Source: Auanema rhodensis
Lineage: Eukaryota; Animalia; Nematoda
Assembly (NCBI GenBank): GCA_964057225.1
Contig: OZ059897.1
Location: 18,600,001 to 18,664,000 of the forward strand
Length of the DNA: 64,000 nt
Direction of reading: 5' to 3'
Shown: piece by piece, positions 15,001 through 30,000 of the stretch
How the letters are laid out: every line of letters begins with the position of its first letter
Numbering within the stretch: position 1 is the stretch's first letter
The notes under the pieces: generated by a model
The model's database searches: none
What the model was told of the DNA's origin: nothing
The model's input: the letters and a program-made list of their open reading frames with translations, nothing else
Position numbers and translations under genes: made by a program

Positions 15001-18000
15001 GTGTATGTTGAGTTTCCATGTACACTCAACATTGCTTCCAAAAACATTTTGACAAAAATTTTTTCGAAAAATTTCAAAATAATTTAGCAAAAAGTAGATG
15101 TTTTTAGATTCCATTTTTTAAGGCAAAGACGATGGACAATGTTATTCAACGAAAAAATTAATTCTTCAGGGTGAAAATTGAGGATATAAGTGTGAACTTA
15201 TATCAGTTGATATCTCGGTGCATTTTTAAGCTAGCGCAAATCTGATAACACAGATCGACGCAGCTTAAAAATCCGCATCGAATGCACTATACTACATTGA
15301 GAAACGCTTAATACAAAAATTAGTTATAATCGTTTGAAAAATGATGCATTAGTGTATGTTGAGTTTCCATGTACACTCAACATTGCTTCCAAAAACATTT
15401 TGACAAAAATTTTTTCGAAAAATTTCAAAATAATTTAGCAAAAAGTAGATGTTTTCAAATTCCATTTTCCAAGGCAAAGACGATGGACAATGTTATTCAA
15501 CGAAAAAATTAATTCTTCAGGGTGAAAATCGAGGATATAAGTGTGAACTTATATCAGTTGATATCTCGGTGCATTTTTAAGCTAGCGCAAATCTGATAAC
15601 ACAGATCGACGCAGCTTAAAAATCCGCATCGAATGCACTATACTACATCAAGAAACGCTTAATACAAAAATTAGTTATAATCGTTCGAAAAATGATGCAT
15701 TAGTGTATGTTGAGTTTCCATGTACACTCAACATTGCTTCCAAAAACATTTTGACAAAAATTTTTTCGAAAAATTTCAAAATAATTTAGCAAAAAGTAGA
15801 TGTTTTTAGATTCCATTTTTCAAGGCAAAGACGATGGACAATGTTATTCAACGAAAAAATTAATTCTTCAGGGTGAAAATCGAGGATATAAGTGTGAACT
15901 TATATCAGTTGATATCTCGGTGCATTTTTAAGCTAGCGCAAATCTGATAACACAGATCGACGCAGCTTAAAAATCCGCATCGAATGCACTATACTACATT
16001 AAGAAACGCTTGATACAAAAATTAGTTATGATCGTTTGAAAAATGATGCATTAGTGTATGTTGAGTTTCCATGTACACTCAACATTGCTTCCAAAAACAT
16101 TTTGACAAAAATTTTTTCGAAAAATTTCAAAATAATTTAGCAAAAAGTAGATGTTTTTAGATTCCATTTTTTAAGGCAAAGACGATAGACAATGTTATTC
16201 AACGAAAAAATTAATTCTTCAGGGTGAAAATTGAGGATATAAGTGTGAACTTATATCAGTTGATATCTCGGTGCATTTTTAAGCTAGCGCAAATCTGATA
16301 ACACAGATCGACGCAGCTTAAAAATCCGCATCGAATGCACTATACTACATTGAGAAACGCTTGATACAAAAATTAGTTATGATCGTTTGAAAAATGATGC
16401 ATTAGTGTATGTTGAGTTTCCATGTACACTCAACATTGCTTCCAAAAACATTTTGACAAAAATTTTTTCGAAAAATTTCAAAATAGTTTAGCAAAAAGTA
16501 GATGTTTTTAGATTCCATTTTTCAAGGCAAAGACGATGGACAATGTTATTCAACGAAAAAATTAATTCTTCAGGGTGAAAATCAAGGATATAAGTGTGAA
16601 CTTATATCAGTTGATATCTCGGTGCATTTTTAAGCTAGCGCAAATCTGATAACACAGATCGACGCAGCTTAAAAATTCGCATCGAATGCACTATACTACA
16701 TTGAGAAACGCTTGATACAAAAATTAGTTATGATCGTTTGAAAAATGATGCATTAGTGTATGTTGAGTTTCCATGTACACTCAACTTTGCTTCCAAAAAC
16801 ATTTTGACAAAAATTTTTTCGAAAAATTTCAAGATAATTTAGCAAAAAGTAGATGTTTTTAGATTCCATTTTTTAAGGCAAAGACGATGGACAATGTTAT
16901 TCAACGAAAAAATTAATTCTTCAGGGTGAAAATTGAGGATATAAGTGTGAACTTATATCAGTTGATATCTCGGTGCATTTTTAAGCTAGCGCAAATCTGA
17001 TAACACAGATCGACGCAGCTTAAAAATCCGCATCGAATGCACTATACTACATTGAGAAACGCTTGATACAAAAATTAGTTATGATCGTTTGAAAAATGAT
17101 GCATTAGTGTATGTTGAGTTTCCATGTACACTCAACATTGCTTCCAAAAACATTTTGACAAAAATTTTTTCGAAAAATTTCAAAATAGTTTAGCAAAAAG
17201 TAGATGTTTTTAGATTCCATTTTTCAAGGCAAAGACGATGGACAATGTTATTCAACGAAAAAATTAATTCTTCAGGGTGAAAATCGAGGATATAAGTGTG
17301 AAATTATATCAGTTGATATCTCGGTGCATTTTTAAGCTAGCGCAAATCTGATAACACAGATCGACGCAGCTTAAAAATCCGCATCGAATGCACTATACTA
17401 CATCGAGAAACGCTTAATACAAAAATTAGTTATAATCGTTCGAAAAATGATGCATTAGTGTATGTTGAGTTTCCATGTACACTCAACATTGCTTCCAAAA
17501 ACATTTTGACAAAAATTTTTTCGAAAAATTTCAAAATAATTTAGCAAAAAGTAGATGTTTTTAGATTCCATTTTTCAAGGCAAAGACGATGGACAATGTT
17601 ATTCAACGAAAAAATTAATTCTTCAGGGTGAAAATCGAGGATATAAGTGTGAACTTATATCAGTTGATATCTCGGTGCATTTTTAAGCTAGCGCAAATCT
17701 GATAACACAGATCGACGCAGCTTAAAAATCCGCATCGAATGCACTATACTACATTAAGAAACGCTTGATACAAAAATTAGTTATGATCGTTTGAAAAATG
17801 ATGCATTAGTGTATGTTGAGTTTCCATGTACACTCAACATTGCTTCCAAAAACATTTTGACAAAAATTTTTTCGAAAAATTTCAAAATAATTTAGCAAAA
17901 AGTAGATGTTTTTAGATTCCATTTTTTAAGGCAAAGACGATGGACAATGTTATTCAACGAAAAAATTAATTCTTCAGGGTGAAAATTGAGGATATAAGTG

Positions 18001-21000
18001 TGAACTTATATCAGTTGATATCTCGGTGCATTTTTAAGCTAGCGCAAATCTGATAACACAGATCGACGCAGCTTAAAAATCCGCATCGAATGCACTATAC
18101 TACATTGAGAAACGCTTAATACAAAAATTAGTTATAATCGTTCGAAAAATGATGCATTAGTGTATGTTGAGTTTCCATGTACACTCAACATTGCTTCCAA
18201 AAACATTTTGACAAAAATTTTTTCGAAAAATTTCAAAATAATTTAGCAAAAAGTAGATGTTTTTAGATTCCATTTTTCAAGGCAAAGACGATGGACAATG
18301 TTATTCAACGAAAAAATTAATTCTTCAGGGTGAAAATCGAGGATATAAGTGTGAACTTATATCAGTTGATATCTCGGTGCATTTTTAAGCTAGCGCAAAT
18401 CTGATAACACAGATCGACGCAGCTTAAAAATCCGCATCGAATGCACTATACTACATTAAGAAACGCTTGATACAAAAATTAGTTATGATCGTTTGAAAAA
18501 TGATGCATTAGTGTATGTTGAGTTTCCATGTACACTCAACATTGCTTCCAAAAACATTTTGACAAAAATTTTTTCGAAAAATTTCAAAATAATTTAGCAA
18601 AAAGTAGATGTTTTTAGATTCCATTTTTTAAGGCAAAGACGATGGACAATGTTATTCAACGAAAAAATTAATTCTTCAGGGTGAAAATTGAGGATATAAG
18701 TGTGAACTTATATCAGTTGATATCTCGGTGCATTTTTAAGCTAGCGCAAATCTGATAACACAGATCGACGCAGCTTAAAAATCCGCATCGAATGCACTAT
18801 ACTACATTGAGAAACGCTTGATACAAAAATTAGTTATGATCGTTTGAAAAATGATGCATTAGTGTATGTTGAGTTTCCATGTACACTCAACATTGCTTCC
18901 AAAAACATTTTGACAAAAATTTTTTCGAAAAATTTCAAAATAATTTAGCAAAAAGTAGATGTTTTTAGATTCCATTTTTCAAGGCAAAGACGATGGACAA
19001 TGTTATTCAACGAAAAAATTAATTCTTCAGGGTGAAAATCGAGGATATAAGTGTGAACTTATATCAGTTGATATCTCGGTGCATTTTTAAGCTAGCGCAA
19101 ATCTGATAACACAGATCGACGCAGCTTAAAAATCCGCATCGAATGCACTATACCACATCGAGAAACGCTTAATACAAAAATTAGTTATAATCGTTTGAAA
19201 AATGATGCATTAGTGTATGTTGAGTTTCCATGTACACTCAACATTGCTTCCAAAAACATTTTGACAAAAATTTTTTCGAAAAATTTCAAAATAATTTAGC
19301 AAAAAGTAGATGTTTTTAGATTCCATTTTTCAAGGCAAAGACGATGGACAATGTTATTCAACGAAAAAATTAATTCTTCAGGGTGAAAATCGAGGATATA
19401 AGTGTGAACTTATATCAGTTGATATCTCGGTGCATTTTTAAGCTAGCGCAAATCTGATAACACAGATCGACGCAGCTTAAAAATCCGCATCGAATGCACT
19501 ATACTACATTGAGAAACGCTTGATACAAAAATTAGTTATGATCGTTTGAAAAATGATGCATTAGTGTATGTTGAGTTTCCATGTACACTCAACATTGCTT
19601 CCAAAAACATTTTGACAAAAATTTTTTCGAAAAATTTCAAAATAATTTAGCAAAAAGTAGATGTTTTTAGATTCCATTTTTTAAGGCAAAGACGATGGAC
19701 AATGTTATTCAACGAAAAAATTAATTCTTCAGGGTGAAAATTGAGGATATAAGTGTGAACTTATATCAGTTGATATCTCGGTGCATTTTTAAGCTAGCGC
19801 AAATCTGATAACACAGATCGACGCAGCTTAAAAATCCGCATCGAATGCACTATACTACATTGAGAAACGCTTGATACAAAAATTAGTTATGATCGTTTGA
19901 AAAATGATGCATTAGTGTATGTTGAGTTTCCATGTACACTCAACATTGCTTCCAAAAACATTTTGACAAAAATTTTTTCGAAAAATTTCAAAATAGTTTA
20001 GCAAAAAGTAGATGTTTTTAGATTCCATTTTTCAAGGCAAAGACGATGGACAATGTTATTCAACGAAAAAATTAATTCTTCAGGGTGAAAATCGAGGATA
20101 TAAGTGTGAACTTATATCAGTTGATATCTCGGTGCATTTTTAAGCTAGCGCAAATCTGATAACACAGATCGACGCAGCTTAAAAATCCGCATCGAATGCA
20201 CTATACTACATCGAGAAACGCTTAATACAAAAATTAGTTATAATCGTTCGAAAAATGATGCATTAGTGTATGTTGAGTTTCCATGTACACTCAACATTGC
20301 TTCCAAAAACATTTTGACAAAAATTTTTTCGAAAAATTTCAAAATAATTTAGCAAAAAGTAGATGTTTTTAGATTCCATTTTTCAAGGCAAAGACGATGG
20401 ACAATGTTATTCAACGAAAAAATTAATTCTTCAGGGTGAAAATCGAGGATATAAGTGTGAACTTATATCAGTTGATATCTCGGTGCATTTTTAAGCTAGC
20501 GCAAATCTGATAACACAGATCGACGCAGCTTAAAAATCCGCATCGAATGCACTATACTACATTAAGAAACGCTTGATACAAAAATTAGTTATGATCGTTT
20601 GAAAAATGATGCATTAGTGTATGTTGAGTTTCCATGTACACTCAACATTGCTTCCAAAAACATTTTGACAAAAATTTTTTCGAAAAATTTCAAAATAATT
20701 TAGCAAAAAGTAGATGTTTTTAGATTCCATTTTTTAAGGCAAAGACGATGGACAATGTTATTCAACGAAAAAATTAATTCTTCAGGGTGAAAATTGAGGA
20801 TATAAGTGTGAACTTATATCAGTTGATATCTCGGTGCATTTTTAAGCTAGCGCAAATCTGATAACACAGATCGACGCAGCTTAAAAATCCGCATCGAATG
20901 CACTATACTACATTGAGAAACGCTTGATACAAAAATTAGTTATGATCGTTTGAAAAATGATGCATTAGTGTATGTTGAGTTTCCATGTACACTCAACATT

Positions 21001-24000
21001 GCTTCCAAAAACATTTTGACAAAAATTTTTTCGAAAAATTTCAAAATAATTTAGCAAAAAGTAGATGTTTTTAGATTCCATTTTTTAAGGCAAAGACGAT
21101 GGACAATGTTATTCAACGAAAAAATTAATTCTTCAGGGTGAAAATTGAGGATATAAGTGTGAACTTATATCAGTTGATATCTCGGTGCATTTTTAAGCTA
21201 GCGCAAATCTGATAACACAGATCGACGCAGCTTAAAAATCCGCATCGAATGCACTATACTACATTAAGAAACGCTTGATACAAAAATTAGTTATGATCGT
21301 TTGAAAAATGATGCATTAGTGTATGTTGAGTTTCCATGTACACTCAACATTGCTTCCAAAAACATTTTGACAAAAATTTTTTCGAAAAATTTCAAAATAG
21401 TTTAGCAAAAAGTAGATGTTTTTAGATTCCATTTTTTAAGGCAAAGACGATGGACAATGTTATTCAACGAAAAAATTAATTCTTCAGGGTGAAAATTGAG
21501 GATATAAGTGTGAACTTATATCAGTTGATATCTCGGTGCATTTTTAAGCTAGCGCAAATCTGATAACACAGATCGACGCAGCTTAAAAATCCGCATCGAA
21601 TGCACTATACTACATTGAGAAACGCTTAATACAAAAATTAGTTATAATCGTTCGAAAAATGATGCATTAGTGTATGTTGAGTTTCCATGTACACTCAACA
21701 TTGCTTCCAAAAACATTTTGACAAAAATTTTTTCGAAAAATTTCAAAATAATTTAGCAAAAAGTAGATGTTTTTAGATTCCATTTTTTAAGGCAAAGACG
21801 ATGGACAATGTTATTCAACGAAAAAATTAATTCTTCAGGGTGAAAATCGAGGATATAAGTGTGAACTTATATCAGTTGATATCTCGGTGCATTTTTAAGC
21901 TAGCGCAAATCTGATAACACAGATCGACGCAGCTTAAAAATCCGCATCGAATGCACTATACTACATTAAGAAACGCTTGATACAAAAATTAGTTATGATC
22001 GTTTGAAAAATGATGCATTAGTGTATGTTGAGTTTCCATGTACACTCAACATTGCTTCCAAAAACATTTTGACAAAAATTTTTTCGAAAAATTTCAAAAT
22101 AATTTAGCAAAAAGTAGATGTTTTTAGATTCCATTTTTCAAGGCAAAGACGATGGACAATGTTATTCAACGAAAAAATTAATTCTTCAGGGTGAAAATTG
22201 AGGATATAAGTGTGAACTTATATCAGTTGATATCTCGGTGCATTTTTAAGCTAGCGCAAATCTGATAACACAGATCGACGCAGCTTAAAAATCCGCATCG
22301 AATGCACTATACTACATTGAGAAACGCTTGATACAAAAATTAGTTATGATCGTTTGAAAAATGATGCATTAGTGTATGTTGAGTTTCCATGTACACTCAA
22401 CATTGCTTCCAAAAACATTTTGACAAAAATTTTTTCGAAAAATTTCAAAATAGTTTAGCAAAAAGTAGATGTTTTTAGATTCCATTTTTCAAGGCAAAGA
22501 CGATGGACAATGTTATTCAACGAAAAAATTAATTCTTCAGGGTGAAAATCGAGGATATAAGTGTGAACTTATATCAGTTGATATCTCGGTGCATTTTTAA
22601 GCTAGCGCAAATCTGATAACACAGATCGACGCAGCTTAAAAATCCGCATCGAATGCACTATACTACATCGAGAAACGCTTAATACAAAAATTAGTTATAA
22701 TCGTTCGAAAAATGATGCATTAGTGTATGTTGAGTTTCCATGTACACTCAACATTGCTTCCAAAAACATTTTGACAAAAATTTTTTCGAAAAATTTCAAA
22801 ATAATTTAGCAAAAAGTAGATGTTTTTAGATTCCATTTTTCAAGGCAAAGACGATGGACAATGTTATTCAACGAAAAAATTAATTCTTCAGGGTGAAAAT
22901 CGAGGATATAAGTGTGAACTTATATCAGTTGATATCTCGGTGCATTTTTAAGCTAGCGCAAATCTGATAACACAGATCGACGCAGCTTAAAAATCCGCAT
23001 CGAATGCACTATACTACATTAAGAAACGCTTGATACAAAAATTAGTTATGATCGTTTGAAAAATGATGCATTAGTGTATGTTGAGTTTCCATGTACACTC
23101 AACATTGCTTCCAAAAACATTTTGACAAAAATTTTTTCGAAAAATTTCAAAATAATTTAGCAAAAAGTAGATGTTTTTAGATTCCATTTTTTAAGGCAAA
23201 GACGATGGACAATGTTATTCAACGAAAAAATTAATTCTTCAGGGTGAAAATTGAGGATATAAGTGTGAACTTATATCAGTTGATATCTCGGTGCATTTTT
23301 AAGCTAGCGCAAATCTGATAACACAGATCGACGCAGCTTAAAAATCCGCATCGAATGCACTATACTACATTGAGAAACGCTTGATACAAAAATTAGTTAT
23401 GATCGTTTGAAAAATGATGCATTAGTGTATGTTGAGTTTCCATGTACACTCAACATTGCTTCCAAAAACATTTTGACAAAAATTTTTTCGAAAAATTTCA
23501 AAATAATTTAGCAAAAAGTAGATGTTTTTAGATTCCATTTTTTAAGGCAAAGACGATGGACAATGTTATTCAACGAAAAAATTAATTCTTCAGGGTGAAA
23601 ATTGAGGATATAAGTGTGAACTTATATCAGTTGATATCTCGGTGCATTTTTAAGCTAGCGCAAATCTGATAACACAGATCGACGCAGCTTAAAAATCCGC
23701 ATCGAATGCACTATACTACATTGAGAAACGCTTGATACAAAAATTAGTTATGATCGTTTGAAAAATGATGCATTAGTGTATGTTGAGTTTCCATGTACAC
23801 TCAACATTGCTTCCAAAAACATTTTGACAAAAATTTTTTCGAAAAATTTCAAAATAGTTTAGCAAAAAGTAGATGTTTTTAGATTCCATTTTTCAAGGCA
23901 AAGACGATGGACAATGTTATTCAACGAAAAAATTAATTCTTCAGGGTGAAAATCGAGGATATAAGTGTGAACTTATATCAGTTGATATCTCGGTGCATTT

Positions 24001-27000
24001 TTAAGCTAGCGCAAATCTGATAACACAGATCGACGCAGCTTAAAAATCCGCATCGAATGCACTATACTACATCGAGAAACGCTTAATACAAAAATTAGTT
24101 ATAATCGTTCGAAAAATGATGCATTAGTGTATGTTGAGTTTCCATGTACACTCAACATTGCTTCCAAAAACATTTTGACAAAAATTTTTTCGAAAAATTT
24201 CAAAATAATTTAGCAAAAAGTAGATGTTTTTAGATTCCATTTTTCAAGGCAAAGACGATGGACAATGTTATTCAACGAAAAAATTAATTCTTCAGGGTGA
24301 AAATCGAGGATATAAGTGTGAACTTATATCAGTTGATATCTCGGTGCATTTTTAAGCTAGCGCAAATCTGATAACACAGATCGACGCAGCTTAAAAATCC
24401 ACATCGAATGCACTATACTACATTAAGAAACGCTTGATACAAAAATTAGTTATGATCGTTTGAAAAATGATGCATTAGTGTATGTTGAGTTTCCATGTAC
24501 ACTCAACATTGCTTCCAAAAACATTTTGACAAAAATTTTTTCGAAAAATTTCAAAATAGTTTAGCAAAAAGTAGATGTTTTTAGATTCCATTTTTTAAGG
24601 CAAAGACGATGGACAATGTTATTCAACGAAAAAATTAATTCTTCAGGGTGAAAATTGAGGATATAAGTGTGAACTTATATCAGTTGATATCTCGGTGCAT
24701 TTTTAAGCTAGCGCAAATCTGATAACACAGATCGACGCAGCTTAAAAATCCGCATCGAATGCACTATACTACATTGAGAAACGCTTAATACAAAAATTAG
24801 TTATAATCGTTCGAAAAATGATGCATTAGTGTATGTTGAGTTTCCATGTACACTCAACATTGCTTCCAAAAACATTTTGACAAAAATTTTTTCGAAAAAT
24901 TTCAAAATAATTTAGCAAAAAGTAGATGTTTTTAGATTCCATTTTTTAAGGCAAAGACGATGGACAATGTTATTCAACGAAAAAATTAATTCTTCAGGGT
25001 GAAAATCGAGGATATAAGTGTGAACTTATATCAGTTGATATCTCGGTGCATTTTTAAGCTAGCGCAAATCTGATAACACAGATCGACGCAGCTTAAAAAT
25101 CCGCATCGAATGCACTATACTACATTAAGAAACGCTTGATACAAAAATTAGTTATGATCGTTTGAAAAATGATGCATTAGTGTATGTTGAGTTTCCATGT
25201 ACACTCAACATTGCTTCCAAAAACATTTTGACAAAAATTTTTTCGAAAAATTTCAAAATAATTTAGCAAAAAGTAGATGTTTTTAGATTCCATTTTTTAA
25301 GGCAAAGACGATGGACAATGTTATTCAACGAAAAAATTAATTCTTCAGGGTGAAAATCGAGGATATAAGTGTGAACTTATATCAGTTGATATCTCGGTGC
25401 ATTTTCAAGCTAGCGCAAATCTGATAACACAGATCGACGCAGCTTAAAAATCCGCATCGAATGCACTATACTACATTGAGAAACGCTTGATACAAAAATT
25501 AGTTATGATCGTTTGAAAAATGATGCATTAGTGTATGTTGAGTTTCCATGTACACTCAACATTGCTTCCAAAAACATTTTGACAAAAATTTTTTCGAAAA
25601 ATTTCAAAATAGTTTAGCAAAAAGTAGATGTTTTTAGATTCCATTTTTCAAGGCAAAGACGATGGACAATGTTATTCAACGAAAAAATTAATTCTTCAGG
25701 GTGAAAATCGAGGATATAAGTGTGAACTTATATCAGTTGATATCTCGGTGCATTTTTAAGCTAGCGCAAATCTGATAACACAGATCGACGCAGCTTAAAA
25801 ATCCGCATCGAATGCACTATACTACATCGAGAAACGCTTAATACAAAAATTAGTTATAATCGTTCGAAAAATGATGCATTAGTGTATGTTGAGTTTCCAT
25901 GTACACTCAACATTGCTTCCAAAAACATTTTGACAAAAATTTTTTCGAAAAATTTCAAAATAATTTAGCAAAAAGTAGATGTTTTTAGATTCCATTTTTC
26001 AAGGCAAAGACGATGGACAATGTTATTCAACGAAAAAATTAATTCTTCAGGGTGAAAATCGAGGATATAAGTGTGAACTTATATCAGTTGATATCTCGGT
26101 GCATTTTTAAGCTAGCGCAAATCTGATAACACAGATCGACGCAACTTAAAAATCCGCATCGAATGCACTATACTACATTAAGAAACGCTTGATACAAAAA
26201 TTAGTTATGATCGTTTGAAAAATGATGCATTAGTGTATGTTGAGTTTCCATGTACACTCAACATTGCTTCCAAAAACATTTTGACAAAAATTTTTTCGAA
26301 AAATTTCAAAATAATTTAGCAAAAAGTAGATGTTTTTAGATTCCATTTTTTAAGGCAAAGACGATGGACAATGTTATTCAACGAAAAAATTAATTCTTCA
26401 GGGTGAAAATTGAGGATATAAGTGTGAACTTATATCAGTTGATATCTCGGTGCATTTTTAAGCTAGCGCAAATCTGATAACACAGATCGACGCAGCTTAA
26501 AAATCCGCATCGAATGCACTATACTACATTGAGAAACGCTTAATACAAAAATTAGTTATAATCGTTCGAAAAATGATGCATTAGTGTATGTTGAGTTTCC
26601 ATGTACACTCAACATTGCTTCCAAAAACATTTTGACAAAAATTTTTTCGAAAAATTTCAAAATAATTTAGCAAAAAGTAGATGTTTTTAGATTCCATTTT
26701 TCAAGGCAAAGACGATGGACAATGTTATTCAACGAAAAAATTAATTCTTCAGGGTGAAAATCGAGGATATAAGTGTGAACTTATATCAGTTGATATCTCG
26801 GTGCATTTTTAAGCTAGCGCAAATCTGATAACACAGATCGACGCAGCTTAAAAATCCGCATCGAATGCACTATACTACATTAAGAAACGCTTGATACAAA
26901 AATTAGTTATGATCGTTTGAAAAATGATGCATTAGTGTATGTTGAGTTTCCATGTACACTCAACATTGCTTCCAAAAACATTTTGACAAAAATTTTTTCG

Positions 27001-30000
27001 AAAAATTTCAAAATAATTTAGCAAAAAGTAGATGTTTTTAGATTCCATTTTTTAAGGCAAAGACGATGGACAATGTTATTCAACGAAAAAATTAATTCTT
27101 CAGGGTGAAAATTGAGGATATAAGTGTGAACTTATATCAGTTGATATCTCGGTGCATTTTTAAGCTAGCGCAAATCTGATAACACAGATCGACGCAGCTT
27201 AAAAATCCGCATCGAATGCACTATACTACATTGAGAAACGCTTAATACAAAAATTAGTTATAATCGTTCGAAAAATGATGCATTAGTGTATGTTGAGTTT
27301 CCATGTACACTCAACATTGCTTCCAAAAACATTTTGACAAAAATTTTTTCGAAAAATTTCAAAATAATTTAGCAAAAAGTAGATGTTTTTAGATTCCATT
27401 TTTCAAGGCAAAGACGATGGACAATGTTATTCAACGAAAAAATTAATTCTTCAGGGTGAAAATCGAGGATATAAGTGTGAACTTATATCAGTTGATATCT
27501 CGGTGCATTTTTAAGCTAGCGCAAATCTGATAACACAGATCGACGCAGCTTAAAAATCCGCATCGAATGCACTATACTACATTAAGAAACGCTTGATACA
27601 AAAATTAGTTATGATCGTTTGAAAAATGATGCATTAGTGTATGTTGAGTTTCCATGTACACTCAACATTGCTTCCAAAAACATTTTGACAAAAATTTTTT
27701 CGAAAAATTTCAAAATAATTTAGCAAAAAGTAGATGTTTTTAGATTCCATTTTTTAAGGCAAAGACGATGGACAATGTTATTCAACGAAAAAATTAATTC
27801 TTCAGGGTGAAAATTGAGGATATAAGTGTGAACTTATATCAGTTGATATCTCGGTGCATTTTTAAGCTAGCGCAAATCTGATAACACAGATCGACGCAGC
27901 TTAAAAATCCGCATCGAATGCACTATACTACATTGAGAAACGCTTGATACAAAAATTAGTTATGATCGTTTGAAAAATGATGCATTAGTGTATGTTGAGT
28001 TTCCATGTACACTCAACATTGCTTCCAAAAACATTTTGACAAAAATTTTTTCGAAAAATTTCAAAATAATTTAGCAAAAAGTAGATGTTTTTAGATTCCA
28101 TTTTTCAAGGCAAAGACGATGGACAATGTTATTCAACGAAAAAATTAATTCTTCAGGGTGAAAATCGAGGATATAAGTGTGAACTTATATCAGTTGATAT
28201 CTCGGTGCATTTTTAAGCTAGCGCAAATCTGATAACACAGATCGACGCAGCTTAAAAATCCGCATCGAATGCACTATACCACATCGAGAAACGCTTAATA
28301 CAAAAATTAGTTATAATCGTTTGAAAAATGATGCATTAGTGTATGTTGAGTTTCCATGTACACTCAACATTGCTTCCAAAAACATTTTGACAAAAATTTT
28401 TTCGAAAAATTTCAAAATAATTTAGCAAAAAGTAGATGTTTTTAGATTCCATTTTTCAAGGCAAAGACGATGGACAATGTTATTCAACGAAAAAATTAAT
28501 TCTTCAGGGTGAAAATCGAGGATATAAGTGTGAACTTATATCAGTTGATATCTCGGTGCATTTTTAAGCTAGCGCAAATCTGATAACAGAGATCGACGCA
28601 GCTTAAAAATCCGCATCGAATGCACTATACTACATTGAGAAACGCTTGATACAAAAATTAGTTATGATCGTTTGAAAAATGATGCATTAGTGTATGTTGA
28701 GTTTCCATGTACACTCAACATTGCTTCCAAAAACATTTTGACAAAAATTTTTTCGAAAAATTTCAAAATAATTTAGCAAAAAGTAGATGTTTTTAGATTC
28801 CATTTTTTAAGGCAAAGACGATGGACAATGTTATTCAACGAAAAAATTAATTCTTCAGGGTGAAAATTGAGGATATAAGTGTGAACTTATATCAGTTGAT
28901 ATCTCGGTGCATTTTTAAGCTAGCGCAAATCTGATAACACAGATCGACGCAGCTTAAAAATCCGCATCGAATGCACTATACTACATTGAGAAACGCTTGA
29001 TACAAAAATTAGTTATGATCGTTTGAAAAATGATGCATTAGTGTATGTTGAGTTTCCATGTACACTCAACATTGCTTCCAAAAACATTTTGACAAAAATT
29101 TTTTCGAAAAATTTCAAAATAGTTTAGCAAAAAGTAGATGTTTTTAGATTCCATTTTTCAAGGCAAAGACGATGGACAATGTTATTCAACGAAAAAATTA
29201 ATTCTTCAGGGTGAAAATCGAGGATATAAGTGTGAACTTATATCAGTTGATATCTCGGTGCATTTTTAAGCTAGCGCAAATCTGATAACACAGATCGACG
29301 CAGCTTAAAAATCCGCATCGAATGCACTATACTACATCGAGAAACGCTTAATACAAAAATTAGTTATAATCGTTCGAAAAATGATGCATTAGTGTATGTT
29401 GAGTTTCCATGTACACTCAACATTGCTTCCAAAAACATTTTGACAAAAATTTTTTCGAAAAATTTCAAAATAATTTAGCAAAAAGTAGATGTTTTTAGAT
29501 TCCATTTTTCAAGGCAAAGACGATGGACAATGTTATTCAACGAAAAAATTAATTCTTCAGGGTGAAAATCGAGGATATAAGTGTGAACTTATATCAGTTG
29601 ATATCTCGGTGCATTTTTAAGCTAGCGCAAATCTGATAACACAGATCGACGCAGCTTAAAAATCCGCATCGAATGCACTATACCACATCGAGAAACGCTT
29701 AATACAAAAATTAGTTATAATCGTTTGAAAAATGATGCATTAGTGTATGTTGAGTTTCCATGTACACTCAACATTGCTTCCAAAAACATTTTGACAAAAA
29801 TTTTTTCGAAAAATTTCAAAATAATTTAGCAAAAAGTAGATGTTTTTAGATTCCATTTTTTAAGGCAAAGACGATGGACAATGTTATTCAACGAAAAAAT
29901 TAATTCTTCAGGGTGAAAATTGAGGATATAAGTGTGAACTTATATCAGTTGATATCTCGGTGCATTTTTAAGCTAGCGCAAATCTGATAACACAGATCGA